Shown here piece after piece: positions 17,154-25,067 of a stretch of DNA of 32,000 nucleotides (positions within the stretch are counted from its first letter, which is position 1; every line of letters starts with the position of its first letter). The notes under the pieces were generated by a model. It searched no databases, was not told where the DNA came from, and was given only the letters and a program-made list of their open reading frames with translations. The position numbers were made by a program, and so were the translations under genes. This DNA is from Geobacter sulfurreducens PCA (GTDB lineage Bacteria; Desulfobacterota; Desulfuromonadia; Geobacterales; Geobacteraceae), in contig NC_002939.5 of the NCBI RefSeq assembly GCF_000007985.2, positions 1,350,001 through 1,382,000 of the forward strand. The letters are read 5' to 3'.

Positions 17154-18497
17154 ATGGGATCGAGGATTGCCGCACACCTGTTGATCATCGGACTGGTTCT
17201 CGTCTGCTGGCTGGAATCCGCCCCGGCTGCCGGCATCACCATCAAGGCGACGGGGGAGGGGATTTACGGCATCGATGTCGCCGCGCTCGATGATATTGCG
17301 GTGGTGGATCTGGAGGTCGGCTACGATACCCTGAACTTCGATGCCCCCCGGATCGATCGGGGAGCCGCGCTCCCCTCCGATGTGTCGTTCATCACCAACA
17401 CGGCCATTCCGGGCGAGCTCCGCGTGATCCTCAAACGCTCCCGGGCCATCACCGCCGGCGGCCGGATTGCGGTGCTGCGGTTCCAGCCGATCGGCGAGAC
17501 CCCGGGCCGGCTCCTGTCGGCCCATGCCCGCCTCATCACTACCAAGGGGGTGTCCCACGCCCTGCCGGTCGGGGTCGTCAATGCCCAGCCCAAACCATCT
17601 GTCGGCCCCGGCTCCATCACGGACAAGATCTCCGGGGGCACCGGCTCCCCGTCGCCTCTCGATACGGCCGCCGGCGATATGACGCCTTCACCTGTTGCGA
17701 GCGGCGGATCCGGGTCGCGGAACACGCCCGGAGACCGGTATGCCGGCCGGGGAGGCGCAGATGCCACCGTAACCTTTGCCGATTCTTCACCGGGAGAGGC
17801 GAAACCGGCAGCGGCCCCGCCGGGTTCCCCGTCTCCGGCGGCGACCCCGGCTGTTCCCGACATGGCGTCTCAACCGGCTGAGCAGGCCGCGACGCGGGCC
17901 ACGGCCGACCAGGCACGCGCCGTCCCGGCCCAGACTATTGTCTATGGACGGGTGCTGGACCGCTTCAGTGAGGTCAGGGGCGAAACCGCCGCCGCGCTGG
18001 TGGCGCTCTTCACCCCGCCGGCGGGCCAAAAGGTGACGCAACAGCCACAGGTTGCCATCTCCGACGGTCGTACCGTCGTGACCCTGAGGGTTGAACTGCC
18101 CCGGAGCTTCGAGGGGACGCCGGTCTTTGCCGTCACCAGCGCAAAGACCCTCTCGTGGGAGCAGGACGGAGAGGGGACATGGACGGTCCGGGTGCTGCCC
18201 GACGCCGACACCCTGGACGCCGTGTTCGTCACCTATTTCGGCGAGGGCCTGATCCAGTATCCCCTGGTCGTGGCTCCGGCGCTGACTCGCCTGCCGGGGG
18301 GCGCACCTGCCCTGGACGAAGCCGGTTTCGCCCTGTTCCTCAAGGAGCGGGCGCGGGAAGGGAAACCGCGTTTCGATCTTAATGGGGACGGGACAAGGGA
18401 TTATCGCGACGATTACCTTTTTACGGCCAATTTCATCGCCCGGGGACGGCAGGCGGCAGGTACCCCTGCCCAGTCGCCCACGCGGTCTGACAACTAG
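17154..18497 (+). CDS. Secreted protein with an N-terminal cohesin-like domain, a Pro/Ala/Ser-rich linker and a C-terminal dockerin-like calcium loop
   Basis: 447-aa ORF starting 3 nt after the previous stop, with AAGGA 7 nt upstream. Signal peptide MGSRIAAHLLIIGLVLVCWLESAPA. Cohesin-like pattern VVDLEVGYDTLNFD...GELRVILKR...GGRIAVLRFQPIG. Low-complexity linker at about 17604-17935. DLNGDGTRDYRDD at 18375-18413 fits the dockerin/EF-hand loop DxNxDGxxDxxD. Confidence 0.7.
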   Translation: MGSRIAAHLLIIGLVLVCWLESAPAAGITIKATGEGIYGIDVAALDDIAVVDLEVGYDTLNFDAPRIDRGAALPSDVSFITNTAIPGELRVILKRSRAITAGGRIAVLRFQPIGETPGRLLSAHARLITTKGVSHALPVGVVNAQPKPSVGPGSITDKISGGTGSPSPLDTAAGDMTPSPVASGGSGSRNTPGDRYAGRGGADATVTFADSSPGEAKPAAAPPGSPSPAATPAVPDMASQPAEQAATRATADQARAVPAQTIVYGRVLDRFSEVRGETAAALVALFTPPAGQKVTQQPQVAISDGRTVVTLRVELPRSFEGTPVFAVTSAKTLSWEQDGEGTWTVRVLPDADTLDAVFVTYFGEGLIQYPLVVAPALTRLPGGAPALDEAGFALFLKERAREGKPRFDLNGDGTRDYRDDYLFTANFIARGRQAAGTPAQSPTRSDN

Positions 18498-18517
18498 TCG
18501 CTTACAGGGTGCTGCAT

Positions 18518-19102
18518 ATGAAAACGAATAGCTGGCGTATCCTTCTCATTCTCGTTTCCTGTGTCTGGCTGAGTCAGCCCCTGTCCGCCGTGGCGGCACC
18601 GGCCACGTTCGCCTCGGCCACGGTGAAGCTTCATGATCTGGAATTGCTCGACCAGGATGGAAAGTCCCGGCGCTTCCAGAGCGATGTCATCGGCGACCGG
18701 CTGGTGGCCATTACGTTCACCTACACCACCTGTACCACCATCTGCCCCATCCTCGACTCGATCTTCGTGACGCTCCAGAAAAAGCTCGGTGCCCGGATGG
18801 GAAAGGATTTCCACCTGATCACCATGAGTATCGACCCGGTCAACGACATCCCGAAGCGGCTCAAGGCCTATTCCCTGAAACTCGGCGCCCGTCCCGGCTG
18901 GACATTCCTGACCGGCAGCAAGGTGAACATGGACAAGGTGCTCGTGGGCCTCGACATGTACAGTCCGGACATTTACAACCACCCCCCCTCCATTATCGTC
19001 GGGGATGGCAAGACCGGGGCCTGGCAACGGTTTTACGGTTTCCCGTCGGCCGACAAGATTCTTTCGTCCCTCACTGAACTGCAGAAGGCGCGTCACCATT
19101 GA
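18518..19102 (+). CDS. SCO1/SenC-family periplasmic copper chaperone (thioredoxin fold)
   Basis: The ORF is open from a GTG at 18509. The ATG at 18518 has better spacing to AGGGTG and gives MKTNSWRILLILVSCVWLSQPLSA. CxxxC motif TYTTCTTICP (18731-18745), plus MSIDPVNDIPKRLKAY, PGWTFLTGS and the downstream His in YNHPPS. Confidence 0.85.
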   Translation: MKTNSWRILLILVSCVWLSQPLSAVAAPATFASATVKLHDLELLDQDGKSRRFQSDVIGDRLVAITFTYTTCTTICPILDSIFVTLQKKLGARMGKDFHLITMSIDPVNDIPKRLKAYSLKLGARPGWTFLTGSKVNMDKVLVGLDMYSPDIYNHPPSIIVGDGKTGAWQRFYGFPSADKILSSLTELQKARHH

Positions 19103-19119
19103 ACCGCCGGGAGAACCAC

Positions 19120-19743
19120 GTGAGAATCACGTTGTCAGCACCTGTCATTGCGCTTTGCCTGTTGCTTGCGGCAACATTACTGCCATGTACCGCCGCGGCC
19201 GCGCCCCAGTCGCCGCAGGGAACCGCTCTCGACCGCAGGACCGATGAAGCGGCCCGCGCCTATTTTACCGACCTCAAGCTGACAACCCACGAAGGCAAGG
19301 TCGTCCGCTTCTATACGGACATCCTTAAGGACAGGGTTGTTCTGATTCACTTTTTCTATACCAATTGCAAGACCGTGGCCACGCTCCAGACCAAGGTTCT
19401 CTCGGACCTGCAGCCGCTGCTGGGCGATCGCCTCGGCAAAGATATCTTTCTGGTGTCGATCAGCGTGGACCCGGCCCGCGACACCCTCGAGCATACCCGC
19501 GCCTATGCCCGGGCGTTTGCTCCCCGCCCGGGCTGGACCTTTCTGACCGGTTCCAAGGTGAACCTGGACTGGGTGAACTACAAACTGGGCAACTACAAGG
19601 AGAATCCCGAAGAGCACGAGACGTTCTTTCTCCTCGGGAACCTCAGGACCGGCCACTGGATCAAGAATAAACCGGAGACCTCGGCGCGAACCCTGGCGGA
19701 GCACCTGATCCAACTGGCCGACGAAAAACAGGTGAAGCGATGA
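19120..19743 (+). CDS. SCO1/SenC-like paralogue with a degenerate metal site (CxxxA)
   Basis: The frame is open from a TTG at 19099. The GTG at 19120 is preferred (GGGAG at 19109-19113, 6-nt spacing) and gives a signal-peptide-like RITLSAPVIALCLLLAATLLPCTAAAA. Aligns with the upstream SCO protein (ISVDPARDTLEHTRAY, PGWTFLTGSKVN), but the motif reads FFYTNCKTVAT (19366-19380). Confidence 0.75.
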   Translation: MRITLSAPVIALCLLLAATLLPCTAAAAPQSPQGTALDRRTDEAARAYFTDLKLTTHEGKVVRFYTDILKDRVVLIHFFYTNCKTVATLQTKVLSDLQPLLGDRLGKDIFLVSISVDPARDTLEHTRAYARAFAPRPGWTFLTGSKVNLDWVNYKLGNYKENPEEHETFFLLGNLRTGHWIKNKPETSARTLAEHLIQLADEKQVKR

Positions 19744-21365
19744 TCGGCATGACGGTACGGACGGCGAGATCATGCCTGACCTCACTGGCGCTGCTGCTCC
19801 TGGCTTTTGCGGCCGGAGCACTGGCTCCCCTGCAGCAGTCGTGGGCTTCGCCCGGGCTCACTCCGGCCGAGGAGCGGGGGCGGCAGATTTACTTCGACGG
19901 TACGAGCCCGTCGGGGGCGCCGATCATTGCCTATTTCGGCAAGGACTACCTGGAGGTGCCCGGCGAATCGGCCACATGCACCAGTTGTCACGGCTTCGAC
20001 GGACTCGGCCGTACCGAAAGCGGCGTCATCCCTTCCAATGTCACTTGGCAGCACCTTATGAAAAGCTACGGCCACGTCCACCCCGACGGCCAGGTCCACG
20101 GGGCGTTCAACGAAGAGAGCCTGAAGAGCTACATGCGTGACGGCCTCTACCCCGGCGGGGTGCTGGGTGATCCGGCCATGCCGGTTTACGAGATCTCCGA
20201 GCAGGACCTGGATGACCTCATCGCCTACATGAAACGGCTGGGCATCCACCCCGATCCGGGTGTCAGCGCCACTACCGTGCGAGTCGGCACGATCATTCCC
20301 GCTGAAGGAGCCACGGCTGCTCTCGGCGAAGCTCTCACCGCCACGGTGCGCGCCTCGTTCGCCGATGTGAAGGAGCGGGGCGGAGTGTATGGCAGAAACC
20401 CCGAGCTGGTCGTCGCCACGATTGCCTCCGGCCAGGATCTGAAGTCGGTGTTCCGTCGCCTGGTGGAGGAACAGCAGGTGTTCGCCCTGCTCAATACCTT
20501 GACTCCCGGTCAGGAGCGCGAACTGGAAACCCTGGCGGAAGAATTTCATGTTCCCCTCATCGCCCCCTTCGCGCCTGTCCATACGGATGATCAGCTGCTG
20601 CACCGCTACCGGTTCCACCTGCACGGGGGGGTGCGGGAACAGTCGCTCGGCCTGGTTTCGTTCGCCATCAAGAAGCGTGGCGCCGGGGATTCCCGGATCG
20701 CCATCGTCTACCCCGCGCGGGAAGAGATCGAAGAGGTGGCGGTATCCATCGATGATGCCTGCCGGGCCGGCGGAGGGCAGCGGGTTGTCAGGATTTCCCA
20801 TGCTCCCGGCCTGTTCGACGCGGCGGCTACCGTGAGCCGGCTGCAAGCGGAGCAGGTTGAGGTGGTGTTTTTCCTGGGCGGGGAAGGGGAGTCTGACTCC
20901 TTTTTCCGGGAGGCCGAAGCGCGCGCCTACATTCCGTCGTTTTTCATGCCGGGCTTCCTGTTGGGTAAAGGGATTACCCAGGTGCCGGCGGCATTCAGCG
21001 GAAAGGTCTGGCTGGCGTTTCCCTCCCTGCCTGAGGACCGGAAAGAATGGGGCCTGGCAGAATTCAACGCTGTCATGGGGCGGCAGAGAGTGGTTGTGGG
21101 CAACCCAACCGTCCAGTTGACGGCTTTTACCGGGGCCAAACTTTTTCTGGAAGGGCTGCGGCGCGCAGGGCGGGACCTCAGCAGGGAACGGTTCGTGGAA
21201 ACCTTGGAAAAGGTGTTCGAGTATGACACGGGTCTTGCCCAGACCATTACCTATACTAGAAACCACCGTATCGGCACGTTGGGTACCCACGTAGTGGTGG
21301 TGGATCCGCTCCAGGCGGGCACGGAGAAGTTTATTATACCGCAGGGATGGATCGACCTGGAGTAG
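19740..21365 (+). CDS. Exported fusion protein: class I c-type cytochrome domain plus type-1 periplasmic solute-binding (LivK-like) domain
   Basis: 541-aa ORF whose ATG overlaps the previous stop (ATGA). Signal peptide SLALLLLAFAAGALA. Single haem motif CTSCH at 19977-19991, with a distal PAMPVYEISEQDLDDLIAYMKRL typical of small c-type cytochromes. The remaining ~400 aa resemble branched-chain amino-acid-type ABC substrate-binding proteins (family call from overall pattern only). Confidence 0.8.
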   Translation: MIGMTVRTARSCLTSLALLLLAFAAGALAPLQQSWASPGLTPAEERGRQIYFDGTSPSGAPIIAYFGKDYLEVPGESATCTSCHGFDGLGRTESGVIPSNVTWQHLMKSYGHVHPDGQVHGAFNEESLKSYMRDGLYPGGVLGDPAMPVYEISEQDLDDLIAYMKRLGIHPDPGVSATTVRVGTIIPAEGATAALGEALTATVRASFADVKERGGVYGRNPELVVATIASGQDLKSVFRRLVEEQQVFALLNTLTPGQERELETLAEEFHVPLIAPFAPVHTDDQLLHRYRFHLHGGVREQSLGLVSFAIKKRGAGDSRIAIVYPAREEIEEVAVSIDDACRAGGGQRVVRISHAPGLFDAAATVSRLQAEQVEVVFFLGGEGESDSFFREAEARAYIPSFFMPGFLLGKGITQVPAAFSGKVWLAFPSLPEDRKEWGLAEFNAVMGRQRVVVGNPTVQLTAFTGAKLFLEGLRRAGRDLSRERFVETLEKVFEYDTGLAQTITYTRNHRIGTLGTHVVVVDPLQAGTEKFIIPQGWIDLE

Positions 21366-21394
21366 CGTGGTGAGCGGTTATTAAAAAATGGGGC

Positions 21395-21423
21395 TTGTTC
21401 TTCGCATGCCTCCCCTGTATTGT
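21395..21423 (+). promoter_or_regulatory. Possible internal sigma-70-type promoter for the NosL/ABC sub-cluster
   Basis: TTGTTC (21395-21400), a 17-nt spacer, then TATTGT (21418-21423), in the only sizeable gap (90 nt) within the cluster. Weak hexamers. Confidence 0.2.
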
Positions 21424-21455
21424 AATGATTGGATTTTTTCCCGAGGAGTCCCGGC

Positions 21456-21938
21456 ATGAATACCTTTCTGACGATGCTGCTTGCCTTGGTGCTGACAGTC
21501 GGTGCGGTCCCGGCCTCTGGGGCGGGAACAGCCACCAAGCTGCAGATTGCCCCCCGCGATAAATGTCCGGTCTGCGGCATGTTCGTGGCCAAGTTTCCTT
21601 CATTTGCAGCCCGGATCACCTATCGCGACGGTTCCTACGCCGTGTTCGACGGTGCCAAGGACATGTTCACCTATTACCTCAATCTGAAAAAATATGCCCC
21701 CGGCAAGTCCGCCGGACAGATCGCCTCAATCCTGGTGACCGATTATTACGGGCTCAGCCCCATTGACGGCATGAGCGCCCATTACGTGATCGGTAGCGAC
21801 GTGCTCGGGCCCATGGGGCACGAACTGATTCCATTCGCCCGCCCGGCCGATGCTGAGGAGTTCAAGAAGGATCACCGGGGGACGCGGATCGTCCGGTTCC
21901 GGGATGTGAACGCCGCCCTCATCGCAGGCCTGGACTGA
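21456..21938 (+). CDS. NosL-family copper chaperone-like protein
   Basis: The frame is open from a TTG at 21429. The ATG at 21456 is preferred (GAGGAG at 21443-21448, 7-nt spacing) and gives the signal peptide MNTFLTMLLALVLTVGAVPASGA. It contains KCPVCGMFVAKFP (21564-21581) and VFDGAKDMFTYY, as I recall them from NosL-family proteins. Confidence 0.8.
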   Translation: MNTFLTMLLALVLTVGAVPASGAGTATKLQIAPRDKCPVCGMFVAKFPSFAARITYRDGSYAVFDGAKDMFTYYLNLKKYAPGKSAGQIASILVTDYYGLSPIDGMSAHYVIGSDVLGPMGHELIPFARPADAEEFKKDHRGTRIVRFRDVNAALIAGLD

Positions 21939-21943
21939 CCGCC

Positions 21944-22249
21944 GTGACGGTGCGCAAGTCCACGGTCTTCATCGCCTTTGTCGCGGCGGAGCTGCTGGTG
22001 CTGATTGCCATTGTCGTCCACGCCTTTATCGTCGGCGGCAGGGAATCCCGTCTCGCCGAGCAGCGTGCCATGGTGAAGCGCCTCTCCCTCACTGACCTGG
22101 CGCTGTTCACTGATGCACGTTATACCCGGCATCCGTCCATGGCAGACCTCCACAGTCCGTTCCAGGATTACCCGCTTTCGTTCGAACATTTTCCCTCCGG
22201 CTCCCTCATGGCGCCGCCTCCCCACGTGAGGACCTATGGCCGGCATTGA
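21944..22249 (+). CDS. Small single-pass membrane protein, unknown function
   Basis: 101-aa ORF with a GTG start 5 nt after the NosL stop. One hydrophobic helix, VFIAFVAAELLVLIAIVVHAFIV. It overlaps the next gene by 14 nt, which suggests translational coupling. No recognisable motif. Confidence 0.55.
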   Translation: MTVRKSTVFIAFVAAELLVLIAIVVHAFIVGGRESRLAEQRAMVKRLSLTDLALFTDARYTRHPSMADLHSPFQDYPLSFEHFPSGSLMAPPPHVRTYGRH

Positions 22250-23369
22250 AAAATACCGGAGCATCATCGATTTCACCCTGTCTTCATTGCTGCGGCGCAA
22301 GGGCAAGAACAGCGCCCTGCTCTTCGTCTACACCCTGGTGGTGTTTCTCCTGGCGTCGCTCATGCTCTACACCCAGGCCCTGCGCCGTGAGGCGGCGGCG
22401 GTCCTGGCCGATGCCCCTGAACTGGTGGTCCAGCGGATCATGGCGGGCCGGCACGACCTGATTCCGGTTGACTATAGCGAGAAAATCAGGGAGATCCGAG
22501 GGGTTCGCTCGGTGCGTGCGCGGTTGTGGGGGTACTACTACGATCCGCTCTTCGGCGCCAACTATACCCTGATGGTCCCGGAGCAGTTCACCTGGGAGCC
22601 GGGAAGCGTAGCGGTGGGGAACGGTCTGACCCGCAGCAGCATGGCGGCGAAAGACAATATCATGCCCTTCTACGATCACACGGGAACCCTGGTGACCTTT
22701 ACGGTGGCCGAGGTGCTGCCGCCTTCTACGGAGATGGTTTCAGCGGACCTGGTGCTCATGGGGACGGACGATTTCCGTACACTCTTCGGCGTGCCGCAGG
22801 GCATGGCAACCGACCTCGTGGTGGAGGTCGCCAATCCAGTGGAAGTCCCCACCATCGCCGGCAAGATCGTAAAACTCCTCCCCGATACCCGTCCCATTTC
22901 CCGGGACGAGATCCTGCGCACCTACGACGCGGTCTTCAACTGGCGCAGCGGGATCATGCTGGCCGTTCTCTGTGGCGCGCTCCTCTCCTTTTTTATTTTC
23001 GCCTGGGACAAGGCCACCGGCCTGTCCGCCGAGGAACGAAAGGAGATCGGCATTCTCAAGGCGGTTGGATGGGATACCGGCGACGTGCTGGTAATGAAAT
23101 TCGGCGAAGGGGCAATCATCTCGCTCACGGCATTTCTCGTGGGGGGAACCCTGGCCTACGGGCACGTCTTCTTCACCTCGGCCGCCCTGTTCGGGCCGGT
23201 ACTCAAGGGGTGGTCGGTGCTCTATCCGTCGTTCCGGCTGGTTCCGCACGTCGACTTCGGGCAGCTGGCAGTGCTTTTCTTTCTTGTGGTGGTCCCCTAT
23301 ACCGTGGCGACCATCGTTCCCGCATGGCGGGCGGCCACCGTGGATCCCGATTCGGTCATGAGAGGGTAG
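22236..23369 (+). CDS. ABC transporter permease, FtsX/MacB (type VII) family
   Basis: 377-aa ORF. TM1 (ALLFVYTLVVFLLASLMLY), then a ~200-aa extracytoplasmic domain, then three C-terminal TM helices with the FtsX-like segment EIGILKAVGWDTGDVLVMKFGEGAIISL. Confidence 0.85.
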   Translation: MAGIEKYRSIIDFTLSSLLRRKGKNSALLFVYTLVVFLLASLMLYTQALRREAAAVLADAPELVVQRIMAGRHDLIPVDYSEKIREIRGVRSVRARLWGYYYDPLFGANYTLMVPEQFTWEPGSVAVGNGLTRSSMAAKDNIMPFYDHTGTLVTFTVAEVLPPSTEMVSADLVLMGTDDFRTLFGVPQGMATDLVVEVANPVEVPTIAGKIVKLLPDTRPISRDEILRTYDAVFNWRSGIMLAVLCGALLSFFIFAWDKATGLSAEERKEIGILKAVGWDTGDVLVMKFGEGAIISLTAFLVGGTLAYGHVFFTSAALFGPVLKGWSVLYPSFRLVPHVDFGQLAVLFFLVVVPYTVATIVPAWRAATVDPDSVMRG

Positions 23370-23370
23370 C

Positions 23371-24054
23371 GTGATATCCCTGCACGATGTGAGCAAGATC
23401 TTCAACAGCGGCAAAGCCAACGAATACGCGGCGCTCCGGGGCATTACCGTCGATATTGCTCCCTGCCGCGTGACGGTCCTGAAAGGGCCCAGCGGCTCGG
23501 GTAAAACCACCCTGCTCAGTATCCTTGGCGGGATGGCGCGCCCTACGACCGGCCGGATCGTCCTGTTCGATCGCGAGATCACCAGTCTGCCCGAGCGGTT
23601 CCTGAGCGATATCAGGCGCCGTACCTTCGGGTTTATCTTCCAGCAGTTCAACCTGATCCGCGGCATCAGCCTGCTGGAAAACGTCATGATCCCCGCCTAC
23701 CCCATGGGAGAGCGCCATGGGCTGCTCAAGGCGAGGGCCATGTCCACCCTGGAGGTGTACGGCCTTGCCGGCAGAGCCGCGACCAGGGTGGAACTCCTCT
23801 CGGGGGGGGAGATGCAGCGGGCCGCCATCGCCCGGGCCCTGATCAACGATCCGCCCGTGATCATCGCGGACGAGCCCACGGCGCACCTGGACACGAAGCT
23901 CTCCGGCGAATTCCTGGATCATATGACCCGCCTCAAGGATGAGGGGAAGACCATCATCATGGCGAGCCACGATCCGCTGGTGATCGACGCGGGGCTGGTC
24001 GACCGGATTGTGGCCATCCGCGACGGCAGGCTGGCCGACGGGGCGGCCCCGTGA
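23371..24054 (+). CDS. ABC transporter ATP-binding protein (MacB/LolD-like)
   Basis: 227-aa ORF with a GTG 1 nt after the permease stop. Walker [11 protein letters not shown]-loop FQQFNL, signature [15 protein letters not shown], Walker [14 protein letters not shown]-loop ASHD. Confidence 0.93.
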   Translation: MISLHDVSKIFNSGKANEYAALRGITVDIAPCRVTVLKGPSGSGKTTLLSILGGMARPTTGRIVLFDREITSLPERFLSDIRRRTFGFIFQQFNLIRGISLLENVMIPAYPMGERHGLLKARAMSTLEVYGLAGRAATRVELLSGGEMQRAAIARALINDPPVIIADEPTAHLDTKLSGEFLDHMTRLKDEGKTIIMASHDPLVIDAGLVDRIVAIRDGRLADGAAP

Positions 24055-25046
24055 TCCTTCACCCGGCCGTCATCGCCCTGTTCGTCGGTTCGCTCCTGAC
24101 CAGCGGCATGCTCGTGGCGACGGCGTTCTTCGCGGTTAAGATCCTGCGCCACTGGGACCTTGCCAGCGGCAGCGAACGGCAGCTTTCGTTCGAGCGCCGT
24201 ACCTACCTTCTTGCCACAATCATGACCTGCTGCTGCGTGTTCCAGCTCCTGTCCCTGTTTCTCTTCATTCACGTGGCCGACAGCCTGAGCGCGCTCTTTC
24301 CCGGAGCCATGTGCGCGGCAGGGACCCTCAACCTGAATCGTTTCGGGTACCCTACGCTGGTCCTTAAAATAACCACTTTTCTGCTGGCCGGTTTCTGGCT
24401 CATCCTCAATCATGCGGACAACCAGGGATATGATTATCCCCTCATCCGGATCAAATACTCGCTGCTGCTGGTGATAACGCCGCTGCTGCTGGCCGAGACG
24501 GGACTGCAGGGGGGGTATTTTCTCTCCTTGCAGCCCCGGGTGATCACGTCATGCTGCGGGAGCCTGTTCGGCGGGGAGTCGAGCGGCATGGTTCCAACCC
24601 TGACTACCCTGGGGGATGTTCCGGCGCTCGCCACGTTGGGAGGAGTCTTAACGCTCACCCTGATCTGCGGGGGGATCTACCTGTGGCTGGGAAGGATGGG
24701 GTACCTGTTTGCCGCGTTATCCGCCGCAACCTTCGCCGTCGGCGTGGTGGGGCTGCTCTCGGCGATCCCGGTCTACATCTATGCCCTTCCCACCCACCAC
24801 TGCCCCTTCTGCATGCTGCACCGCGAATACGGGCATGTGGGCTATCTCCTCTACGCGACCCTGCTTGGCGGTGGGGTGGCGGGGGTGGGTATGGGAGGGC
24901 TCCAGCCCTTCAGGCGGGTGGCGAGCCTGGCATCGTCGCTTCCTATGCTCCAGCGCCGTCTGGTCCTTTTCGCCATGGTCTGCTACGGGCTGTTCGGAGG
25001 GATCGCGGCCTGGCAGGTGATGGTTTCCGAGTTACGGCTCGTGTAG
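24051..25046 (+). CDS. Cys-rich polytopic (~8 TM) membrane protein, unknown family
   Basis: 331-aa ORF whose GTG overlaps the ATPase stop (GTGA). Multiple hydrophobic helices. Cysteine clusters: CCC (24228-24236), SCC (24549-24557) and HHCPFC (24795-24812). Confidence 0.7.
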   Translation: MILHPAVIALFVGSLLTSGMLVATAFFAVKILRHWDLASGSERQLSFERRTYLLATIMTCCCVFQLLSLFLFIHVADSLSALFPGAMCAAGTLNLNRFGYPTLVLKITTFLLAGFWLILNHADNQGYDYPLIRIKYSLLLVITPLLLAETGLQGGYFLSLQPRVITSCCGSLFGGESSGMVPTLTTLGDVPALATLGGVLTLTLICGGIYLWLGRMGYLFAALSAATFAVGVVGLLSAIPVYIYALPTHHCPFCMLHREYGHVGYLLYATLLGGGVAGVGMGGLQPFRRVASLASSLPMLQRRLVLFAMVCYGLFGGIAAWQVMVSELRLV

Positions 25047-25067
25047 CGGACAGACCTTCAGGCAATG

